The notes: generated from the sequence alone by a model not told the origin. 64,000 nt of DNA from an uncultured Planctomycetales bacterium (GCA_964487475.1 CAZAPM010000007.1:41699-105698), one strand, 5' to 3'; positions 18,508 to 27,172 are shown, numbered from the stretch's first letter. Program-made: numbers and translations.

Positions 18508-19342
18508 GAGCCATAAGGGGGACTACGGCCATGTGTTCGTGCTGGCGGGTTCCCTGCGCTGTTGCGGTGCGGGGCTGCTGTGCGCGCATGCGGCGCTGAG
18601 AAGCGGCGCCGGGCTGGTGACCTGGGGTGTTGCGCGTTGCCTGGCGCTGCCCCTGATAAGGCGCCTGCCCGCGGAGGTGATGCTCCTGCCGCTGCCCCAG
18701 ACCAGGGAAAAGACCTTGAGCGTGGCGGCATTGCCGCAGGTGAAGGAGTTCTTCGGCCGGGCGAGCGTCTGTGCCGTAGGGCCGGGGTTGTCCCGGAATG
18801 AGTCTACGGCGAACCTTGTCCGGAAGGCGGTGTTGGAATGCACGCTTCCCTTAGTGCTCGATGCGGACGGGATCAATGCGTTCAGCGGGCACCTGGCGAT
18901 GCTGCGTTCGGCAGCAGGCAGGAGGCAGCGGAAGACCCCGATGGTCATTACCCCGCATCCCGGTGAAATGGCAAGGCTTTTGGGCAGGAAGGTGTGCCCC
19001 GGGCATGCGGAAAGAATAAATGTTGCAAAATCCTTTGCCAGTGAGTATAATTGCGTAACCGTGCTTAAGGGGCATCGCAGCGTGGTTGCGGATCCTTCCG
19101 GTGTAGTGTATAGTAATACTACGGGTAACGCCGGGATGGCGACCGCGGGAAGCGGGGATGTGTTGACCGGTATTATCGCGGGTTTCCTGGCGATCGGGAT
19201 GCCCCCCTTCGAAGCGGCCAGATACGGCGTGTATATGCACGGGCTGGCAGGGGATCTGGCGGCGTCCAGAATGACGCAGATCGGCCTGACGGCATCGGAT
19301 ATCATCGCATCGCTACCCGACGCGATAAGAAGAACGTCTTAG
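18470..19342 (+). CDS. nnrD: ADP-dependent NAD(P)H-hydrate dehydratase (YjeF C-terminal domain only)
   Basis: HKGDYGHVFVLAGS...GSGDVLTGIIAGFLA match the carbohydrate-kinase-like YjeF_C motifs. The start could be 18458 or 18470, both overlapping the acpS end. Confidence 0.7.
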   Translation: MRLPAQWSRRKPESHKGDYGHVFVLAGSLRCCGAGLLCAHAALRSGAGLVTWGVARCLALPLIRRLPAEVMLLPLPQTREKTLSVAALPQVKEFFGRASVCAVGPGLSRNESTANLVRKAVLECTLPLVLDADGINAFSGHLAMLRSAAGRRQRKTPMVITPHPGEMARLLGRKVCPGHAERINVAKSFASEYNCVTVLKGHRSVVADPSGVVYSNTTGNAGMATAGSGDVLTGIIAGFLAIGMPPFEAARYGVYMHGLAGDLAASRMTQIGLTASDIIASLPDAIRRTS

Positions 19343-19343
19343 C

Positions 19344-19416
19344 GCCGGCTTAGCTCAGTCGGTAGAGCAGCTGTTTTGTAAACAGCGGGTCGGGGGTTCG
19401 ATTCCTCTAGCCGGCT
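19344..19416 (+). tRNA. tRNA-Thr (anticodon TGT)
   Basis: 73-nt cloverleaf. Acceptor GCCGGCT/AGCCGGC, anticodon loop TTTGTAA, T-loop TTCGATT. Starts 2 nt after the nnrD stop. Confidence 0.85.
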
Positions 19417-19600
19417 TTGATTTTTGCGCTGCCTCTGGCGTTTGCGCAAAAATCACCCCGGGCACTGAACGGGGTGATCAGAACGCTGCCTCTGGCGTTT
19501 GCGCAAAAATCACCCCGGGCACTGAACGGGGTGATCAGAACGCTGCCTCTGGCGTTTGCGCAAAAATCACCCCGGGCTCTGACCGGGGAGATCATTGATA
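19417..19600 (+). repeat. Tandem direct repeat, 3 copies of a 57-bp unit (19428, 19485, 19542) plus a partial leading copy
   Basis: The unit is gctgcctctggcgtttgcgcaaaaatcaccccgggcactgaacggggtgatcagaac. The first two copies are identical and the third diverges at its 3' end. Each unit contains the hairpin atcaccccg/cggggtgat. Confidence 0.8.
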
Positions 19601-19606
19601 TTGTAT

Positions 19607-19689
19607 GGGCAGGTACCCAAGTGGCCAAAGGGGGCAGACTGTAAATCTGCTGCACATGTGCTTCATAGGTTCGAATCCTATCCTGCCCA
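19607..19689 (+). tRNA. tRNA-Tyr (anticodon GTA)
   Basis: Long variable arm. Near-identical layout to E. coli tRNA-Tyr (..GCAGACTGTAAATCTGC..). Acceptor GGGCAGG/CCTGCCC. Confidence 0.9.
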
Positions 19690-19791
19690 TTTGATTTTTT
19701 CGTCCCGGTTTTTGCAGAAGTGGTCCCGTCGCATATGGGGATGAAAACCTGAATGCTCCGGGACGCATGGAGATAAAGTTAGTAGCTTCAT

Positions 19792-19865
19792 GCGGGAGTA
19801 GTTCAATGGTAGAACGGCAGCCTTCCAAGCTGCACACGAGGGTTCGATTCCCTTCTCCCGCTCCA
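19792..19865 (+). tRNA. tRNA-Gly (anticodon TCC)
   Basis: Acceptor GCGGGAG/CTCCCGC, anticodon loop CTTCCAA, T-loop TTCGATT, CCA encoded. Confidence 0.9.
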
Positions 19866-19877
19866 GTGTTACATACT

Positions 19878-21338
19878 ATGACCGAAACCCGCGACACGGA
19901 AAAGCAGTTCCTCTACAAGCTCATTGACAATGCCAATGTGATGTTCCTGTACCTGGACCTCCAGGAGAGTGTCCTCATCTGCAACAAGAAGATAGAGGAG
20001 GTCACCGGCAGGAGCAAGGACGGCATTGTCGGCAAGCACTGGGCGCAGGCCCTCTACCGCGACAACTCGGCGACCATCCAGCAGCAGATGTTCAAAGCTA
20101 TCATCGATGACGCCGTCACCTACAACCGCTCCAACAACTACGAAGGCGTCCTGATCGACAGCCGGGGCACCCAGCGCCTGATCTCCTGGAGCATCATCCC
20201 CATCCTTACCGACGCCAAGGCCCTCGAAGGCATCCTTTTCATCGGTCATGACATCACCGAACTGCGCGAAAGCGAGACCGCCCTCAAGAAGATCGACGAG
20301 ACCTTAAAGAGCATCTTTTCCAGCATCAAGGACTACGCCCTCTACGTTATCAATCTCGACGGCAACATCACCTACTATGCCATGGGCTCCGAGATGATGT
20401 TCGGCTGGGCGAAGAACGAGCTTATCTTCAAGCATGTGAGCATGCTGCACCTTCCCGATGACGCCAAGTCCGAACTGCCGTATATGCTCGACCAGGTCAG
20501 CAAGCGCGGGCAGTACGAAGTCGAGATGAACATGGTCAAGAAAAGCGGGGAGACCTTCCCGGTGGTGCTGACCATCAACAAGTTCCTCGACGCCGAAGGC
20601 AAGCTTTCCGGATACGTCTTCATCGCCAAGGATATCACCGAGCGCAAGAAGATGGAATACCAGATCTTCCAGAACGAGAAACTCGCCGCCATCGGGCAGC
20701 TGGCCGCGGGCATGGCGCACGAGATCAATAATCCTTTGTTCGTCATCTCCGGCCGGGTGGAGATGATCCTGGAGGATGCCACCCTGGCGGAAGCGCTGCG
20801 CACCGACCTGCAGATCGTGACCACCCAGGCGGAGCGGATACGCAAGCTGGTGGACCGGCTGCTGAAATTCGCGCGCAAGACCCCGCCGAAGACCGAGCAG
20901 ATCGCGGTCAATGACGTGGTGGAAGGGGTGCTGCCCCTGCTCTCGTACCATAAACTGCCTTCCGGCCCGGTCGAGGTGACTCGCGAGCTCGCGAGCGACC
21001 TGCCGCCGATCAAGGGGGACCTTAACCAGCTGCAGGAGGTGTTCCTCAACCTGCTCATCAATGCGCATCAGGCCATGCCCGAGGGGGGCAAGATACATAT
21101 CCGCACCCTGATGACCCGCGACCAATGGATCGAGATCCGCATCACCGATACCGGCCCGGGGATCGCCCAGGAGAACCTGAAGAACATCTTCATGCCTTTT
21201 TTCACCACGAAGAAAGAGGGGACGGGGCTGGGGCTTTCCATATGTTTCAACATCATCAAAAATCATGGCGGGACCATCGATATAGAGACCCAGGTGCATA
21301 AGGGGACCACGTTCATTATCAGGTTGCCGGTGGTGTAA
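19878..21338 (+). CDS. Cytoplasmic sensor histidine kinase (PAS-PAS-HisKA-HATPase)
   Basis: Internal Met 38 of ORF 19767, since the upstream part of that ORF is the tRNA-Gly. HEINNPL H-box, plus N, G1 (DTGPGI) and G2 (GTGLGL) boxes. No TM segment. Confidence 0.85.
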   Translation: MTETRDTEKQFLYKLIDNANVMFLYLDLQESVLICNKKIEEVTGRSKDGIVGKHWAQALYRDNSATIQQQMFKAIIDDAVTYNRSNNYEGVLIDSRGTQRLISWSIIPILTDAKALEGILFIGHDITELRESETALKKIDETLKSIFSSIKDYALYVINLDGNITYYAMGSEMMFGWAKNELIFKHVSMLHLPDDAKSELPYMLDQVSKRGQYEVEMNMVKKSGETFPVVLTINKFLDAEGKLSGYVFIAKDITERKKMEYQIFQNEKLAAIGQLAAGMAHEINNPLFVISGRVEMILEDATLAEALRTDLQIVTTQAERIRKLVDRLLKFARKTPPKTEQIAVNDVVEGVLPLLSYHKLPSGPVEVTRELASDLPPIKGDLNQLQEVFLNLLINAHQAMPEGGKIHIRTLMTRDQWIEIRITDTGPGIAQENLKNIFMPFFTTKKEGTGLGLSICFNIIKNHGGTIDIETQVHKGTTFIIRLPVV

Positions 21339-21356
21339 CTTTGAAAGGGGGAGTAG

Positions 21357-21752
21357 ATGCCGTATAAAGTGCTGGTAGTTGACGACGAGGCTCCGGTAAG
21401 GGAGCTGTTCACCGATCTGCTCAAGAAGGAAAAGTGCCAGGTCACCCAGCTTTCCAGCGGGGAGGAAGCGATAGAGCTCGTGGCCAAGGAGTCCTTCGAG
21501 GTGGTGCTGCTGGATATCAAGCTCGGCGGTATGTCCGGGCTCGAAGTGCTCAAGAAGATCAAGGAGATCCAGCCGCAGGCGTGCGTGATCATGATCACGG
21601 GGTTCGGATACGACGAGCAGCTGATCTCCAAATCCCGCGAACTGGGGTGCTCCGGGTATATCGGCAAGAACATGCCCATCTCCCAGATCATGAGCAATTT
21701 CCATCTTTTCACCAGCCGGGCGAAAGAGAAGCTTCAGCAGCCTCCGCAATAG
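21357..21752 (+). CDS. Single-domain response regulator (CheY-like receiver)
   Basis: VLVVDDE...VLLDIKLGGMSG phospho-acceptor Asp context. 131 aa with no output domain. Confidence 0.85.
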   Translation: MPYKVLVVDDEAPVRELFTDLLKKEKCQVTQLSSGEEAIELVAKESFEVVLLDIKLGGMSGLEVLKKIKEIQPQACVIMITGFGYDEQLISKSRELGCSGYIGKNMPISQIMSNFHLFTSRAKEKLQQPPQ

Positions 21753-21782
21753 CTTTGGTAGTGCCCGAAAGGGGTAAGGCGT

Positions 21783-22532
21783 ATGGGTGAGCAGTTCCTG
21801 CAGCCGGTGTATATCGATGCCTTCGACCTGGACGATGCCTGGTTCCAGGCCTTGAGCGCGATCCTGGAGAAGGGCCACGTCTATACCATCACCCGCGGCA
21901 GTTATGCCGGGCAGAAACGGCTGGAATTCGATTTCGTCACCATCCGGGTGCGCAAGCCCGATCATCAGATCATCCCGCTGATCCCGGAGGGGATGAGCAT
22001 CCCCGCGCCGACGGATATGGAATATATCCAGGGGTACCTGGCGTATCTGATGACCGGCACCAAGACGCAGACCGAGGATTATACGTACGGGGAGAGGCTG
22101 GTCGAGCCTAAGGTGCGCCTGCGCGAGACCGTGGACGGCAAGGAGATGTGCCGGGAGATGCCCATCGGCGGCAGCCAGATCGAACAGGTGATCGAGATGT
22201 ACAAGCGCCAGGGGCACGGCACCAACCAGGCGGTGATGGAGATAGGCATGCCCTCCGATATCACTCTGGCTGACCCGCCCTGCCTGCGGTTGATCGATAC
22301 GAGGATACGTTACGGCAAGCTGCATTTCATGCTGTATTTCAGGTCCTGGGACCTCTGGGGTGGGTTTCCCTCGAACCTGGGCGGGTTGGAACTGGTGAAA
22401 CAGTATATGGCGCAGGAGATCGGCGTGGAGAACGGCGAGATCGTCGCCTGCACCAAGGGGCTGCACCTCTACGACTACAGCTGGGATCTGGCAAAACTGA
22501 GGACCAACAAAAATAACGCGGTGATACCATGA
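21783..22532 (+). CDS. thyA: Thymidylate synthase, divergent short (archaeal/methanogen-like) type
   Basis: DPPCLRLIDTRIRYGKLHFMLYFRSWDLWGGFPSNLGGL aligns with the ThyA core [39 protein letters not shown]. Only 249 aa. Confidence 0.7.
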   Translation: MGEQFLQPVYIDAFDLDDAWFQALSAILEKGHVYTITRGSYAGQKRLEFDFVTIRVRKPDHQIIPLIPEGMSIPAPTDMEYIQGYLAYLMTGTKTQTEDYTYGERLVEPKVRLRETVDGKEMCREMPIGGSQIEQVIEMYKRQGHGTNQAVMEIGMPSDITLADPPCLRLIDTRIRYGKLHFMLYFRSWDLWGGFPSNLGGLELVKQYMAQEIGVENGEIVACTKGLHLYDYSWDLAKLRTNKNNAVIP

Positions 22533-22930
22533 GCGAACAGGGACATCAGGGCAGGGAACGAAGGGAATTCACGCGCATCGAGTATACCACTCCTTTGGCG
22601 TATAAGGTGTGCAAGCGGGAGGTGCTTTCCAAGATGGCGCTGGGCTACTCCGTCAACGTGAGTCAGGCGGGGATCTTCTGCCATATCGATTCCTCCGTCA
22701 CGCCTAACGACGTGGTCTGGCTTAATTTCGACCGGGGAACGCTGGATATCTGCGAAGAGCTGGAGCGCCGCACCTGGATATACCAGAGCGGGGTGATCGG
22801 CCGGGTGGTCCGGATCGAGAAGAACGACGACGGCACGTTCGGGATCGGGGTGCAGTTCATCACCCGGGAGGAAGCCCGTCCCAATGAGGCGGTCATTTCC
22901 CTCGAGCAGGCGCTTTCCAAGGAGAGCTGA
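22529..22930 (+). CDS. Stand-alone PilZ-domain protein (putative c-di-GMP receptor)
   Basis: RERREFTRIEY (RxxxR) and NVSQAGIF (D/NxSxGG) motifs. ATGA overlap with thyA. Confidence 0.65.
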   Translation: MSEQGHQGRERREFTRIEYTTPLAYKVCKREVLSKMALGYSVNVSQAGIFCHIDSSVTPNDVVWLNFDRGTLDICEELERRTWIYQSGVIGRVVRIEKNDDGTFGIGVQFITREEARPNEAVISLEQALSKES

Positions 22931-22933
22931 TCC

Positions 22934-23941
22934 ATGCTGAAGAAATCCCGTCCGGATATCGCGATCGTGGGTGACGGAGGCTGGGGCACCACCCTGGCGG
23001 TGCTGCTGTCACAGAAAGGATACTCCGTGTCCCTTTGGGGAGCGTTCCCCGAATATGCCGCGGAGATGCGCCGGACCAGGATGAACCGGAAGTTCCTTCC
23101 GGGCATCGCCATCCCGCGCAAGGTCAGCATCACCGGCAGGATCGAAGAAGCGATACTGGGTAAAGATATCATCGTGCTGGCGGTCCCTTCCCAGTACATG
23201 CGCTCCGTGCTGCTGAAGATCAAGGAAACGCTGTATCCCCGCAACGCCGCCTTTTTAAGCGTGACCAAGGGTATCGAGATCAAGACCCATCTGCGCATGT
23301 CGGAACTGATCCATAAGCTGCTCGGGCCCGTGCATCTGGCCGTGCTTTCGGGTCCGACCATCGCGCACGAGCTGGCGCAGGGGCTGCCTACCACCGCAGT
23401 GATCGCATCCCACGACAAAAAGCTCCGCACGTACCTGCAGGGCGTCTTCATGACCGACCGTTTCCGTATCTATACCAACGATGATGTGGCCGGGGTGGAG
23501 GTGGGGGGAAGCCTTAAGAACGTTATCGCCATCGCCTGCGGTATTTCCGACGGGCTGGGGTTCGGGTCCAACGCCAAGGCCGCGCTGCTTTCCCGAGGGT
23601 TGAGCGAAATGGCCCGTCTGGGCAAGGCCATGGGCGCGCGCGTGGGCACGTTCAGCGGATTGAGCGGCTTAGGCGACCTGGTGACCACCTGTGTCAGCCG
23701 GCACAGCCGTAACCGTTTCGTCGGCGAGGAGATCGGCAAGGGCAAGACCCTCTCCCAGGTCATGGGCAGGATGCAGATGGTGGCGGAGGGAGTGCCTACC
23801 GCCAAGTCCGCGTACATGCTGGCAAAACGCCACGGGGTGGATATGCCCATCATCAGGGAGATATTCCTGGTGCTCTACAAGAACAAATCCCCTCTTAATG
23901 CGGTGCGGGACCTGATGACCCGCACTATGAAGCAGGAATAA
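22934..23941 (+). CDS. gpsA: NAD(P)H-dependent glycerol-3-phosphate dehydrogenase
   Basis: Full-length similarity to GpsA (IVGDGGWGTTLA Rossmann, GGSLKNVIAIACGISDGLGFGSNAKAAL). Confidence 0.9.
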   Translation: MLKKSRPDIAIVGDGGWGTTLAVLLSQKGYSVSLWGAFPEYAAEMRRTRMNRKFLPGIAIPRKVSITGRIEEAILGKDIIVLAVPSQYMRSVLLKIKETLYPRNAAFLSVTKGIEIKTHLRMSELIHKLLGPVHLAVLSGPTIAHELAQGLPTTAVIASHDKKLRTYLQGVFMTDRFRIYTNDDVAGVEVGGSLKNVIAIACGISDGLGFGSNAKAALLSRGLSEMARLGKAMGARVGTFSGLSGLGDLVTTCVSRHSRNRFVGEEIGKGKTLSQVMGRMQMVAEGVPTAKSAYMLAKRHGVDMPIIREIFLVLYKNKSPLNAVRDLMTRTMKQE

Positions 23942-23944
23942 CCC

Positions 23945-25147
23945 GTGCCGGGGGCGCCCCTTCCCGCGGTCCGGACGAGCCTTCGCAGCAAATTCTTCCT
24001 GGTAGTTTCCAGCTTTTTCTTCGTGCTACTTGCCGCAGAGGTCTGCGTGCGGGTATATGAGAGCCATTACGAGAGGGGGTACGGATACCCGCAATGGTTC
24101 ATGCGCTGCGATGCGCAGGCAGGATACGATATCACCTCCGGCAGTCCCCGCAATTCCTATTACGTGTTCGGCCGGAAGTATCCGGTGTGGTCAAACGAGC
24201 TGGGTTGTTTCGACGAGGAGTGTACGGACTGTCAGGCGCCGGTGCTGTTGGTAGGCGACAGCATGAGCTTCGGGTTCGTGCCTTTTCCCCGCACCTTTCC
24301 CTCTTTGCTCGAATCCCGCCTGAACGCGAGAGTGCTTAAATGCGCGGTGCCGGGTTACGGGACGCGGCAGCAGCTGATAAAAGCGCGCAGGGTGATCTCG
24401 AAGATGGAGAAGCCTCCCCGGCTTCTCATTATCGCCTACTTCTCCGGCAATGATTTCGCAGACGATCATCTTTTCCCGCAGTACGGGGTGCGGCGCGGCT
24501 TCATGGCCACTTCGGTGCAGATCTCGGAGTATGCCCAGGGGAAAAGAAGATATCTCGAAGGGGGGTTGGGGGCGGATGATCTTTCCCGGCTTACCGCAAC
24601 CAGGGTTGAGTTCGAGAAGAGCCACCGGCCTTTTCTTTCCTGGTGTTCGGCTAAGTCCAGGGTGTTCAGCATCCTGGCGATGAGGATCCAGGCCGCATAT
24701 TCCCTCTGGAAGAACCGTACCGCCAGCAAGGTGGTTTTCCGTACGCACATGCTCTCTTTCTTCCCGGAAACCGAGTACCCCTGGGTGCGCCAGGCATGGG
24801 ATGAGCATTTGCGGACGCTTACGGAGGGGATCGCCGAGTTCCGGGGGAAGGGGATCAGGGTGCTGGTGGTCATCCTGCCGAGCTGGGACCAGGTGCTGGG
24901 ATTATCCTCTTCCGGAGAGAAGGGATATCTGTTCCGGCAGCCGAACCACCGGGTGAGCGAAGGGGCGATCGCGGCAGGCGCTTCGGTATGCGATCTGCTG
25001 CCGGCATTCTTGTCCGCCCCGCAGCCGCAGGAACTTTTCTGGGTGAATAAGGATACGCATTTCACCGAAGCGGGAGCGCAGCTGGCGGCAGATGAGGTTG
25101 CGCGCGTCATTACGGAGCAGGGGCTTCTCGAGCAGGCATCAAAATAA
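23945..25147 (+). CDS. Membrane-anchored SGNH/GDSL-hydrolase-like protein (AlgX/AlgJ/DltD-like)
   Basis: N-terminal TM (FFLVVSSFFFVLLAA) and LLVGDSMSFGF, a GDS block. The start is uncertain: the GTG at 23945 is the first in-frame start. Confidence 0.5.
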   Translation: MPGAPLPAVRTSLRSKFFLVVSSFFFVLLAAEVCVRVYESHYERGYGYPQWFMRCDAQAGYDITSGSPRNSYYVFGRKYPVWSNELGCFDEECTDCQAPVLLVGDSMSFGFVPFPRTFPSLLESRLNARVLKCAVPGYGTRQQLIKARRVISKMEKPPRLLIIAYFSGNDFADDHLFPQYGVRRGFMATSVQISEYAQGKRRYLEGGLGADDLSRLTATRVEFEKSHRPFLSWCSAKSRVFSILAMRIQAAYSLWKNRTASKVVFRTHMLSFFPETEYPWVRQAWDEHLRTLTEGIAEFRGKGIRVLVVILPSWDQVLGLSSSGEKGYLFRQPNHRVSEGAIAAGASVCDLLPAFLSAPQPQELFWVNKDTHFTEAGAQLAADEVARVITEQGLLEQASK

Positions 25148-25153
25148 TCTTTC

Positions 25154-25181
25154 TTTACAGGCGGAAAAAATCAGCTATAAT
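25154..25181 (+). promoter_or_regulatory. Putative sigma-70 promoter upstream of tRNA-Pro
   Basis: TTTACA-N16-TATAAT lies about 170 nt upstream of the mature tRNA 5' end. Confidence 0.35.
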
Positions 25182-25348
25182 ATGAACGTCTTAATAAAAG
25201 CATTTATTTTAAGGAAATTGAAGAAGTTAGGGAAGGTTCTTCGTCCCGCCTGATACGCGGGACTTCGCCCCTGCTGATCCGCTCGCGAAAAGCGCTCGCG
25301 GATCAAAGATGCAGGGGCTTCGCAGAAACAAATTGATAGATTGTGCTT

Positions 25349-25423
25349 CGGGGCGTGGCTCAGTTTGGCTAGAGCGCTTGAATGGGGTTCAAGAGGTCAC
25401 AGGTTCAAGTCCTGTCGCCCCGA
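25349..25423 (+). tRNA. tRNA-Pro (anticodon GGG)
   Basis: Acceptor CGGGGCG/CGCCCCG, anticodon loop ATGGGGT, T-loop TTCAAGT. 75 nt. Confidence 0.9.
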
Positions 25424-25491
25424 CTTTAATTTTGTAGCAGCTTTCACGGAGTACCGCAGGCCATCTTTGACCGGCAAGTAAGGAGGAGGCT

Positions 25492-25845
25492 ATGTCGTAT
25501 ACGGGACCTGAAAGAAGAAAAAATGCCCGCGTGAGCGGAAGATTCATCGTGTCATACCGCGTGCTCGAGGAGAATGACGCGATCGACATCAGCCAGTCCA
25601 AGAACATCTCGCTGGGGGGGATGTTACTGACTACCAACCGCCTTTTTCAGCCGGGTACCAATCTGGCCCTGGAAATACGGCTTCCCTTCGACCCCAACCC
25701 CATCATGCTCATCGGAAAAGTGGTAGAGTCAAAGGAGATCACCAGAAACCTGATCTATGATACGCGGCTTTCATTTCTGGCGGTCGATGAGCGGCATCGC
25801 AAAGTGATCAGCCAGACGGTTGATTACTACCTGAAGCGTTCGTAA
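25492..25845 (+). CDS. Stand-alone PilZ-domain protein
   Basis: ERRKNARV (RxxxR) and NISLGGM (DxSxGG-like) motifs. RBS AAGGAGGAGG. Confidence 0.7.
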   Translation: MSYTGPERRKNARVSGRFIVSYRVLEENDAIDISQSKNISLGGMLLTTNRLFQPGTNLALEIRLPFDPNPIMLIGKVVESKEITRNLIYDTRLSFLAVDERHRKVISQTVDYYLKRS

Positions 25846-25876
25846 TTACTCATCCGCATCAAAAGGTTCCGGTAAA

Positions 25877-27172
25877 ATGAAAAAAATTCAGATAGGGATC
25901 ATTGGGTTTGGTAACGTGGGCGCGGGCGTGGTCAAGATCCTGCGCGACAGGCGTACGCTGCTGGCGGACAAGACCGGCAGCGATATCGCGATCCGCCATA
26001 TTTGCGACAAGGACATCACCAGCAAGCGCGGGGTCAGCGTAGAAAAGGGCGTGCTGACCCGCGACGTGCGGGAAGTGCTGGATGACCCGCAGGTGGACGC
26101 GGTCGTCGAGCTTATCGGCGGGATACAGCCGGCCAAAGAGTTCATCACCGAAGCGCTGCTCAAAGGCAAGCATGTGGTCACCGCCAATAAGGCGCTGCTG
26201 GCCGAGCACGGGCGGGAACTTTTCGCCCTGGCACGGGATAAGGACAAGAGCATTTATTTCGAGGCATCCGTCGGCGCCGGGATCCCGATCATCAAGTCGC
26301 TGCGGGAAGGCCTGATCGCCAACCGGTTCGGCCGTATCTACGGGATCGTCAACGGCACGTCGAATTTCGTGCTCTCCATGATGGGGGAGCATAACTGCAG
26401 TTTTGCGGACGCCGTTTCCCAGGCGCAGAAAAAGGGGTATGCGGAAGCCAATCCCACCCTGGATATCGAAGGGATCGACTCCGCGCATAAGCTGGTGCTG
26501 CTGGCGTATCTGGGATTCGGGCGCTGGGCCGGGATGCACGAGCTTTTCATCGAGGGGATCTCCAATATCTCCCTCGCCGACGTCAATTATGCCCGGGAAC
26601 TCGGGTTCGAGATAAAACTCCTGGCGATCGCGAAGAAGGAAGAGGGGGAACTGGAGCTGCGGGTGCACCCGACGTTCGTGCCGCAGCGGCATATGCTCGC
26701 TTCCGTAGGCGGGGTCTTCAACGCCATCTACGTCAACAGCGACCTGGCCGGGGATCTGATGTTCTACGGCCCGGGCGCGGGACAGTTGTGCGCGGCCTCG
26801 GGAGTGGTCTCCGACCTGATGGACCTGGCGCAGGACCTGAAAGCCGGCATGTTCCGTCCGGTGATCCGCGCAGTGCCCGACATATCGATCACCCGGCTGC
26901 GCAAGATCGACGAGATCGAGAGCCGGTATTACGTGCGGCTGATGGTCTATGATAAGCCCGGAGTGCTGGCCCGGATCGCGGGCATATTCTCCAAGCATGA
27001 TATCAGCATCGCGCTGGTCAACCAGAAGGAGCGCAAGGCCCAGGAAGTGGTCCCTATCGTCTTGGTGCTGCATGAGGCGAAGGAAAAACATTTGCGGGCA
27101 TCCTTGCAGGCGTTAAGCAAGCTCGACGTGGTGAAGCATAAGCCGGTAGCGATCAGGATCGAACAGCTATGA
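25877..27172 (+). CDS. hom: Homoserine dehydrogenase with C-terminal ACT domain
   Basis: [16 protein letters not shown]-binding motif. Typical Hom length of 431 aa. Lies upstream of thrC. Confidence 0.9.
   Translation: MKKIQIGIIGFGNVGAGVVKILRDRRTLLADKTGSDIAIRHICDKDITSKRGVSVEKGVLTRDVREVLDDPQVDAVVELIGGIQPAKEFITEALLKGKHVVTANKALLAEHGRELFALARDKDKSIYFEASVGAGIPIIKSLREGLIANRFGRIYGIVNGTSNFVLSMMGEHNCSFADAVSQAQKKGYAEANPTLDIEGIDSAHKLVLLAYLGFGRWAGMHELFIEGISNISLADVNYARELGFEIKLLAIAKKEEGELELRVHPTFVPQRHMLASVGGVFNAIYVNSDLAGDLMFYGPGAGQLCAASGVVSDLMDLAQDLKAGMFRPVIRAVPDISITRLRKIDEIESRYYVRLMVYDKPGVLARIAGIFSKHDISIALVNQKERKAQEVVPIVLVLHEAKEKHLRASLQALSKLDVVKHKPVAIRIEQL

Noticed and set aside
19417-19600. Possible CRISPR array suggested by regularly spaced repeats
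   Set aside because: The whole 57-bp unit repeats, and the would-be spacers are identical between the two identical copies. There are only about 3 copies and no cas genes nearby. This is a tandem direct repeat, not a CRISPR.
19407-19655. ORFs 19407-19655 (minus) and 19417-19644 (plus) with internally repeated peptides (LPLAFAQKSPRALNGVIRT x3)
   Set aside because: They are produced by translating the 57-bp tandem repeat and overlap tRNA-Tyr. There is no start context and the composition is implausible.
19767-19877. ORF-track start of the histidine kinase at 19767
   Set aside because: The first 37 codons are the tRNA-Gly gene read as protein. The real start is the ATG at 19878.
25389-25637. 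Minus-strand 82-aa ORF
   Set aside because: It overlaps tRNA-Pro and the start of the well-supported PilZ gene. It is antisense noise.
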